DNA of 39,253 nt from Verrucomicrobiota bacterium (GTDB lineage: Bacteria > Verrucomicrobiota > Verrucomicrobiia > Chthoniobacterales > UBA10450), in NCBI GenBank assembly GCA_003218915.1, contig QHPC01000016.1, positions 1 through 39,253 of the forward strand, written 5' to 3'. Position 1 is the first letter of the stretch, and every line of letters begins with the position of its first letter. Under the pieces are notes generated by a model, which ran no database searches, was not told where the DNA came from, and worked only from the letters and a program-made list of their open reading frames with translations. A program made the position numbers and the translations under genes. Shown piece after piece: positions 32,765 through 39,253 of this stretch.

Positions 32765-34428
32765 TTTTCTGTGGACTCAGAACCAATTGCCGGCGCCGCG
32801 GGAGGTTCCTGCCAGCCGGTTACAGCCACCACCGACACATTTTCCAGCGGGCTTATGAGATTCGGCGAATGAATCGGAATGACTTCACCCCGCGTGGCGT
32901 GAATGGCAACAAAATAGCCGACCTGCGCGCCCCAGACGTCGGAGTAAGGATCGTCGAGCCATCCCCACGGATTGTTTGGCGCAGGCTGGATTTGCGGTGG
33001 CGGTGTTTGGCTCAGCGGAATATCTCCGACCAGCCACACCTGGTTCCCGGCGCGAAGCGTGGCTGCGATTTGGTCGCATACTGGTTGCGCGGGATTTTCC
33101 AAGATCATCTTCGCCTTGAACAAATCGTAACGATGGAATCGATGGTCCGCGAGTGGTGGAATTGTAGTCCATGGCGTCGGACCCGAATACTGGCGATCAA
33201 ACGACACGCCGAATGTCCACGGATGCACGATGATTAGATCGCGCGGATCGGCCTGTTCTTGTAGGACGCCGGCGACCAGGTCCATGTTCGTCTGTCGATA
33301 GGAGATAAGTTCACGCGCACCTGGCAAACAAAGAAGCGCGAGAATTGCAAGTGCGCACCGCCAAAACTGCCAGCGCGCAGGCCAGTTTGCGAGCGCGGCG
33401 TCGATGCAGACCGCGCCAAAGGTCGTTAGCGGCAGAAAATACCAGACCTGCGTCGGCATTTTCGCGATCCACAAAAATATCGAGAAGCTGACCAGACCTC
33501 CGATCAAAGCAGTCCCGGCGAAGAACACAGCGCTGTTTGCATCCTCCTTCGGCGGCGCAAGCGGCGAGATGCGTGCGCTCTTCACGCAATGCACAATCGC
33601 GGCGACTGCCAGCGCGATCCACAACCACCGCAGCCAGGGAAAGATCGGCGCCATCGCGACCGAAAGATTCGACCATATCAACGCCGGAAGGAAACCGATC
33701 TGCGACAGCACCGACCAGTCCTGCGCCTCGCGAATAGCTACGCGATATGGCAGCAAAGATATCGCAGCTGGCACCCCGATCGCCAGCGCGGCAAGCCCGT
33801 TTTTGAAATCGTGACACCGCACCCTCATCGCAGCAGCGGCGGCACAAACCGCGAGCAGCAAAAACGAATTTTGAAACAGGCACTGGACGCTGATCATCGC
33901 CACCAAGCCAGCGGCAAGCCAGCGTTTGAGCTCGGGCGCGCGGGCGAAACGCCAGACGACCGCGAATGTGACGAGCATCAGCACGCTCGCTAATCCGTAC
34001 GCGCGCAGTGAATCGCCCCAACGCACAACGCTCGGGTTCACCGCCAACAGACCGAGCGCAATCAGCGGCGCAGAGCGATGCAAGAACCAGCCGTTCAACC
34101 ACACCGCTCCGAGCATCAGCAGGCCGACTATGAAGCCGAACACCCGCAACGCTGCATCACTACCACCCAGGCTGAAGGACCAGGCGCGAAGCAGGGCTGG
34201 AAATAGAATCGGACAGGATTCGTGGCCGAGGTTGGACCACATCTCATGGGCATTCGGCATGGTCGCGATGCTTACGACGCCGGCTTCGTCGCGCCACAGC
34301 GCTCCAGCTGAGCGAAGGTTCACCCAGTGCAAATAGACGCCTGCGGCTGTAATCAGTGCGCCGATCGCCCATTCGATTTCTCGCCGATCCAAAATCCGAC
34401 GCGTCGAACAGGCGTTTGCGATTTGCAT
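32761..34428 (-). CDS. Uncharacterised polytopic membrane protein, GT-C-like (paralogue A)
   Basis: It has about 10 or more TM helices. After TM1 it carries LWRDEAG, then ESCPILFPALLR, RAYGLA and VQC. The C-terminal soluble domain has DLIIVHPWTFGVSFDRQY, GNQVWLVGDIP and ENVSVVAV. I prefer the ATG at 34428 to the TTG at 34497. Confidence 0.75.
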   Translation of the reverse strand: MQIANACSTRRILDRREIEWAIGALITAAGVYLHWVNLRSAGALWRDEAGVVSIATMPNAHEMWSNLGHESCPILFPALLRAWSFSLGGSDAALRVFGFIVGLLMLGAVWLNGWFLHRSAPLIALGLLAVNPSVVRWGDSLRAYGLASVLMLVTFAVVWRFARAPELKRWLAAGLVAMISVQCLFQNSFLLLAVCAAAAAMRVRCHDFKNGLAALAIGVPAAISLLPYRVAIREAQDWSVLSQIGFLPALIWSNLSVAMAPIFPWLRWLWIALAVAAIVHCVKSARISPLAPPKEDANSAVFFAGTALIGGLVSFSIFLWIAKMPTQVWYFLPLTTFGAVCIDAALANWPARWQFWRCALAILALLCLPGARELISYRQTNMDLVAGVLQEQADPRDLIIVHPWTFGVSFDRQYSGPTPWTTIPPLADHRFHRYDLFKAKMILENPAQPVCDQIAATLRAGNQVWLVGDIPLSQTPPPQIQPAPNNPWGWLDDPYSDVWGAQVGYFVAIHATRGEVIPIHSPNLISPLENVSVVAVTGWQEPPAAPAIGSESTEK

Positions 34429-34657
34429 GGTGCGATTCTCAGAAGAAGTCTTTGGCAGCGCAAACCGTTTTGTCTCTGAGAACGATAATAAAGCCAATGC
34501 TCCCGCATGGCGTTACCTGGCAAAACGCCTAGCGAGTTGAAAGAAATCAAGAAATTGTTGCTGGCGATTTATTACCCGAATCCGGTGAACAGATTTCGGT
34601 CGCCCTCTTCCGAGTCGCTAATTGACGGAGGATAGCTGCATCGACCAATCTCAGGCA

Positions 34658-36361
34658 ATGTCCGTGAGGCGAATACCAAAACCTGGAACAGAAACCGCGG
34701 CAGCGCTGATCAATACTGCCTTCTCGGCCATCTTGCTGGTGTTGACGGCGATGAATGCCGGACCCTTGTGGCGTGATGAAACCAACACCTTCAATCTGGC
34801 GCGCATGCCATCGCTCGGAGACATCTGGCACAACCTGCAGTTTGAATCTTGCCCGCTGCTCTGGCCGTTACTGGTGCGCGGATGCGGCATGTTGGGGATG
34901 ACTGATGGCGATATGGACATCCGTATTTTGGGACTGGGTATTGGTTTGTTCTTTCTCACGTCGCTGTGGCTATGCCAGCGTTGGATTGGGGGACGCGCGC
35001 CCATTTTGAGTATCGCGTTGCTGGGTGGTTTGCCCGCGTTCATTTTTGTCGTGGGAGCGAATCGTGCCTACGGTCTGGCGGCTTGTCTGCTAGTGCTCAG
35101 CTTCGGCAAGATCTGGCAGCTCGTAGAGTCTCCGACGAAGTCGCGGATTTTTTCAGCCGGTTTTATCTGCCTGCTGTTCGTCCAATGTGTCTACTACGAC
35201 GTGATCTTTCTCGGAGCAATGCTGGCCGCCGGGGCCCTGCTGGCAATTCGACGGCAACAGTGGAAAATAGTTTGGACGATGGCGGGCATCGGTCTGATGG
35301 CTGGCATATCTTTGTTGGTTTATTCGCCGATTGTCCATCGGGTTCCGGAATACCTACCGTTCTTGCGCTCGCCGTTCTTTGACCCTGCCACCCTTTGGAA
35401 TGGACTTCGCGACGCACTGGCCGCCCGAAGCAGTGCCAATCTTGACGGTACCTACGGTCCGCAAATCTGGATTTGGAGCGGGCTTTGGCTGGCAGGGATC
35501 ATAGTCGCCGTCATAATGCTGCAACGGAAGCATGCACTCCAGACGGCCAAACCCAAAGTTGCCTCGAAGAGCCCCATTCCGGAGCGGTCCGATCTGGCAC
35601 TGTTCTGTGTTACCGGCATGGTTCTGGGAACTATCGGGTATTTTGCGTTCCTGCTGAAATTGCAGTTCTTCTTGCAACCATGGTATTACGTCGAAGTCCT
35701 CATCCTTTGCGCTATTTCGCTCGACGGCATCTTAACTGCCAGCTGGTCGGCACTCCATCCTTGGGGATTGTTGCGCATCGGTTTCCTGGTGATGATGATG
35801 ATATTAAACGCCGGACCGGCTTGGGCGGAAGCGCACACCCGTCGGAGCAATTTAGATGTGGTTGCGGCTTTTCTGAGCCACAACGCTTCAGCGGGTGACC
35901 TCATCGTGGTCCAGGACGCATGGGAGGGTCTCACGTTTGATCGGTATTACCGGGGTCAGGCTCAATGGCTCAGTGTACCTCCGATCGACTCCCATGAGGT
36001 ACATCGCATAGATCTGGTAATAGCAGAAATGAACCAACCGGAGGCGATGACTCCGGTGTTACGTGCGATAACTGTCACTCTGACCAGCGGGCACGATGTT
36101 TGGCTGGTGGGGAGCATACCTATCGCGCGTTGGAGGGATGCGCCACCTGGGCAAACTCCGCTGCCGCCGCGACCATCCGAAATGCCCACTGGATGGTGGA
36201 TGGGGTCGTATTTATCTTGGTGGAACCAACAGGTTACCACGCTCCTGCTGGATCACGCGGAGCAAGAAAAGGTGGAAACAATTGCTGCGCCCGGACCGGT
36301 AAATCATTTCGAAGATGTTTCAGTCGTGCGATTCGCCGGTTACAAGCCCGGTCCGGAATAA
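34658..36361 (+). CDS. Uncharacterised polytopic membrane protein, GT-C-like (paralogue B)
   Basis: It shares motifs with paralogue A: LWRDETN, ESCPLLWPLLVR, RAYGLA, VQC, DLIVVQDAWEGLTFDRYY, GHDVWLVGSIP and EDVSVVRF. I prefer the ATG at 34658 to the TTG at 34622. Confidence 0.75.
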   Translation: MSVRRIPKPGTETAAALINTAFSAILLVLTAMNAGPLWRDETNTFNLARMPSLGDIWHNLQFESCPLLWPLLVRGCGMLGMTDGDMDIRILGLGIGLFFLTSLWLCQRWIGGRAPILSIALLGGLPAFIFVVGANRAYGLAACLLVLSFGKIWQLVESPTKSRIFSAGFICLLFVQCVYYDVIFLGAMLAAGALLAIRRQQWKIVWTMAGIGLMAGISLLVYSPIVHRVPEYLPFLRSPFFDPATLWNGLRDALAARSSANLDGTYGPQIWIWSGLWLAGIIVAVIMLQRKHALQTAKPKVASKSPIPERSDLALFCVTGMVLGTIGYFAFLLKLQFFLQPWYYVEVLILCAISLDGILTASWSALHPWGLLRIGFLVMMMILNAGPAWAEAHTRRSNLDVVAAFLSHNASAGDLIVVQDAWEGLTFDRYYRGQAQWLSVPPIDSHEVHRIDLVIAEMNQPEAMTPVLRAITVTLTSGHDVWLVGSIPIARWRDAPPGQTPLPPRPSEMPTGWWMGSYLSWWNQQVTTLLLDHAEQEKVETIAAPGPVNHFEDVSVVRFAGYKPGPE

Positions 36362-36413
36362 TCCGACAGACAGCGCGGCGCCCTTACCATCGAAGCCTTG
36401 CCGCGGATAATAC

Positions 36414-36434
36414 GCGCTGCATATAGATGCGCGC
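36414..36434 (+). terminator. Candidate intrinsic terminator downstream of paralogue B
   Basis: The hairpin is gcgc(t)gcat-atag-atgcgcgc (8 bp with one bulge), followed by tctcgctctcttttagcttttc. It lies 53 nt after the stop codon, in a convergent intergenic gap. Confidence 0.35.
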
Positions 36435-36617
36435 TCTCGCTCTCTTTTAGCTTTTCTAATTCCATTGGACCCTGCGCAACGGCGTTTTCGCGCGCGAGCG
36501 ACCCCGTGAAGGCAAATGCGGATCTTGATGGATATGGTTATGCCAAACCGTTACATAATTCGATTAAACCCTCGCTTGTAAGGTAAGCGAATTAACGGTT
36601 GGGATCCGCTCAAGGAT

Positions 36618-37232
36618 CTAAGAGGACTTGTACTTTACCGAGCAACCGTATGGTTTGGTTTGCGGCGTGGAGACCGATTTGCCTGCCAATGATTGATCCA
36701 GCGCCGCCTTAACATAGTTTGTCGAGCTGGGGATATCCGCCGGGTTGGGCGTCGCCTTGCTATCGATCGCCCCATGGTAAACGATTTTGCCGTCAGGATT
36801 GATTATCACCATGTTTGGCGTGTTCTTGGCGCCATACGCGCGACCCACTTTGCCGTCCGGATCGAGAAGCAACGCAGTTTGCTGCGTCTTCCAGGAGGTT
36901 GCGACTTTCTGAGCCTGTTCCGGCGTCAAATTGCCTTCAGTACCGGGCGCATTGGAATCGATGGTCAGCCAAACCACGCCCTTGTCTGTGTATTCTTTCT
37001 GCAATTTTTGCATGTTGTCGGTGCCGTAATGCTTTTTAACAAACGGGCATTCCGGATTAAACCATTCGAGCACGACGTACTTGCCCTTGTATTGGGAAAG
37101 TGAATGCGTCTCACCTTTCGCGTCGGGCAGCGAAAAATCCGGAGCAGCGCTTCCCACCGGCGGCGGCTCTAAGGCGAAGACTGCAGCAGCGATCAGTGAT
37201 GTGAAAACGGTTAAAGGTATTTTTTTATTCAT
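36618..37232 (-). CDS. Secreted redoxin / peroxiredoxin-like thioredoxin-fold protein
   Basis: It has a signal peptide, then APDFSLPDAKGETHSLSQYKGKYVVLEWFNPECPFV, and a C-terminal PYGCSVKY. Confidence 0.8.
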   Translation of the reverse strand: MNKKIPLTVFTSLIAAAVFALEPPPVGSAAPDFSLPDAKGETHSLSQYKGKYVVLEWFNPECPFVKKHYGTDNMQKLQKEYTDKGVVWLTIDSNAPGTEGNLTPEQAQKVATSWKTQQTALLLDPDGKVGRAYGAKNTPNMVIINPDGKIVYHGAIDSKATPNPADIPSSTNYVKAALDQSLAGKSVSTPQTKPYGCSVKYKSS

Positions 37233-37364
37233 AAACGGATTAGAAAACGAAGTTGTTAAGGTAGTTCAATTTTCTTGCAATCAACATATTGGCAAAGGAC
37301 AGCGGAAACACAACTGTAGCCTGTGGAACAGGCGCGATGACTTGAGCGTACATCCCCAGAAATC

Positions 37365-39251
37365 CTACTCTGCGGCAACCCTGCGCGCGGCAGTTTGGAG
37401 TTTTTCCAGGACCATGCCTTTGGTGAGCACCTCCGGGAAAACAATCGGTTCCTCGTTTTTTCCGGGGTAGAGCACGTACAGCGGAACGCCGGGGCGGCCG
37501 AACCTTTGCAATAATTTCGTGATCGTTGGGTCGCCGTTAGTCCAATCGGCTTTCAATTTCACAATCGCGTGACGCTGGAACGCGTCTCGCACCTCCGCGC
37601 TCTCGAGCACGTTTGCCTCATTAAATTTGCAAGTAATGCACCACGCGGCCGTAAAATCGACAAACACGGAATGGCCCTGGTCCAATTCAGTTTGCAACCG
37701 CTCCGGTGTGAACGCCTGCCAGTCTCCACGGAGTCGCGAGTCAGCCAATCCGACCGTGGTAGATCGAAATTTGCCGCCGATGAAATAAATGCCGCTTCCG
37801 ACTACGAGCACGAGCATGAGCCCAAGCACGACAGCTCGCTTCAGCGCTGATGCAGTTGGCAGAACGAACGCGCCTTTCATCCAGCAGGCGACACTAATCA
37901 CCAGCAGAAAGCAGCTCGCCCAAATCGCTCCTTCCAAGCCGCGCTGAGCACCCAGCACGTAAAGAAGAAACAGCAGCGTGGCCAGCAGCAGAAAGCCCAT
38001 GAATTGTTTCACATGCAACATCCAAGGGCCCGGCTTTGGCAGAAATCGCAGCCAGGCGGGCTGGGCGCTCAAAAGCAGGTACGGCGCGCTCATCCCGGCA
38101 GCAATCGCAACGAACATCGCTAGGATAACTGCGGGCGATTGCGAGAAGGCAAAGCCGAGCGCGGTTCCAAGGAACGGCGCAGTGCACGGTGTCGCCAGGA
38201 CAGTCGCGAATATGCCTTGGAAGAACGAGCCCAAATCGTCTTTGCGCTCGGTGGTTGAAAGCAACCCGCGCGTCATGCCTTGTGGCAGCGAAATTTCGAA
38301 CACGCCAAAGAGATTCAGCGCGAACACGAGGACAATCGCACTCAGCCCAAGAACAAAATAGGCGTTCGTGAATTGAAATCCTCCCCACGTCACATCGCGT
38401 CCGGCGCCTTTGAGGACAACCAGAAGCAGCGCAAGTCCGATGAACCAAGCGAATATTCCCACCGTAAACGCAATCCCGCTCCGCAAAATTTTCCGCCGGC
38501 TTTGGCCAGCCTGTTGAATGAATCCAAAGATTTTCAGCGAAATCACCGGCAACACGCACGGCATCAAATTCAAAATGATGCCGCCGAGAAATCCGAAGAG
38601 CAGAAAAGTGAAGATTCCGCGGGTGGGCGCGCCACTAGTCGCCGCAACAGTCGGGGCCGCTGAAATTCGCCATGACGCGCGGTCCTCTCCATTTGGGTGC
38701 TGCGAATAAACGACCAGGCCCGCGATGGACGACAGGCTTTTTTCGGAAGACTCAATCGGGATTCGAAAGACAATCTCATTCCTATTGTGTGATTCGATCG
38801 TTGGATGACCGACAACAACGCCTTGTTCTGGCAACGGGAAAAAGTCCAGCGCCGGATAATTGGCCAGAGTTTCGCTCGTAACTTTTAGACGAAGATCACG
38901 TCCAATCCGACTCCAGTTTGCCGTCGCCGCGTTCGACTCTGGCCAGTTTTGAGGCAATAAACGCCGGTAGCGCGCGAAGACTTCCGAGTTCGCCGGCTGA
39001 CTCGTTGTCGATACCGGTAACTCCAGCTGCGGTGTTGCGCTGCCAGGAATGCAGATTTTCTCGCAGACAAGCCAGTTTGCCTCAGCTGAAAGCTTTACTG
39101 TTGGATCGTCGAGCTTCTGAGGCGGCGTGATTTCCTGCATCAGCAGGACTTCATTTTCATAGCCGTAAGTCTCAATGTCGCCCGGATCGATTGTTTTCAG
39201 GGGAATTGGCCATTGAATCTCGCCGACTTTCCATCCCGATGGCAGTTTCCA
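37365..39251 (-). CDS. dsbD: DsbD-like thiol:disulfide interchange protein (5' end beyond the window)
   Basis: The N-terminal DsbD-alpha-like domain runs to the window edge (WKLPSGWKVGEIQWPIPLK...GYENEV). The CcdA-type TM core has LMPCVLPVISLK and ATPCTAPFLG. The C-terminal thioredoxin domain has DFTAAWCITCK. The ATG at 39140 in the ORF track is internal. Confidence 0.9.
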   Translation of the reverse strand, partial: WKLPSGWKVGEIQWPIPLKTIDPGDIETYGYENEVLLMQEITPPQKLDDPTVKLSAEANWLVCEKICIPGSATPQLELPVSTTSQPANSEVFARYRRLLPQNWPESNAATANWSRIGRDLRLKVTSETLANYPALDFFPLPEQGVVVGHPTIESHNRNEIVFRIPIESSEKSLSSIAGLVVYSQHPNGEDRASWRISAAPTVAATSGAPTRGIFTFLLFGFLGGIILNLMPCVLPVISLKIFGFIQQAGQSRRKILRSGIAFTVGIFAWFIGLALLLVVLKGAGRDVTWGGFQFTNAYFVLGLSAIVLVFALNLFGVFEISLPQGMTRGLLSTTERKDDLGSFFQGIFATVLATPCTAPFLGTALGFAFSQSPAVILAMFVAIAAGMSAPYLLLSAQPAWLRFLPKPGPWMLHVKQFMGFLLLATLLFLLYVLGAQRGLEGAIWASCFLLVISVACWMKGAFVLPTASALKRAVVLGLMLVLVVGSGIYFIGGKFRSTTVGLADSRLRGDWQAFTPERLQTELDQGHSVFVDFTAAWCITCKFNEANVLESAEVRDAFQRHAIVKLKADWTNGDPTITKLLQRFGRPGVPLYVLYPGKNEEPIVFPEVLTKGMVLEKLQTAARRVAAE

Positions 39252-39253
39252 TT

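Noticed and set aside
33311-34102. 263-aa ORF in an alternative frame of paralogue A, with similar cases at 32043-32588 and 37894-38559
   Set aside because: The translations are Arg/Cys/Ala-rich and low-complexity, typical of off-frame reading of GC-rich membrane-protein genes. The overlapping frames have clear TM periodicity and paralogue support.
36398-36586. 62-aa ORF in the convergent gap between paralogue B and the redoxin gene
   Set aside because: It has a TTG start, no ribosome-binding context and low-complexity sequence. It overlaps the putative terminator hairpins. I also could not fit a tRNA cloverleaf in this 256-bp gap.
1-39253. CRISPR arrays, rRNA or tRNA genes, IS elements, prophage genes or known defence genes
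   Set aside because: No intergenic gap exceeds about 260 bp, and no regularly spaced repeats were seen. None of the gaps contains tRNA-like T-loop or anticodon architecture that I could recognise. No transposase, integrase or recombinase-like translations appear in the ORF track.

Overview
This is a gene-dense chromosomal segment of about 39 kb, roughly 55% GC by eye, with about 37 protein-coding genes. I could not recognise any rRNA, tRNA, CRISPR array, transposase or integrase. Several features suggest a PVC-superphylum (Verrucomicrobia-like) origin, but this is inference, not proof. They are a bacterial SWIB-domain protein, a roughly 51-aa 'small basic protein', a four-helix-bundle (23S-IVS/Avd-like) protein and many polytopic GT-C-like membrane proteins.

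Content, left to right:
- The 3' end of a TPR gene, interrupted by an in-frame TGA.
- A six-gene minus-strand string: STAS, TM-GAF-PP2C, grpE, dnaJ, HMG-CoA-lyase-like, rsmE.
- A fused beta-CASP/MBL nuclease and ATP-dependent DNA ligase.
- plsC, cmk and aroA.
- A response-regulator-PP2C, a SWIB protein and a secreted thioredoxin-like protein.
- A NodB deacetylase.
- panC and nadB.
- A long envelope-glycan block at 20.4-36.4 kb. It holds a methyltransferase, an RmlC-like cupin, a double-GT2 with a coiled coil, an LpxL-WaaF fusion, a four-helix-bundle gene, a thioesterase and four GT-C-like membrane proteins.
- A redoxin and a DsbD-like gene that runs off the right edge.

The most interesting items are:
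- The partner-switching pair translationally coupled to grpE-dnaJ.
- The nuclease-ligase fusion.
- The divergent pair of uncharacterised paralogous polytopic proteins inside the GT-C cluster.
- The four-helix-bundle gene bracketed by heptamer-repeat patches inside an LPS operon.
- The 75-nt imperfect palindrome next to the small basic protein gene.

All family assignments come from motif recognition by eye. No database search was run.
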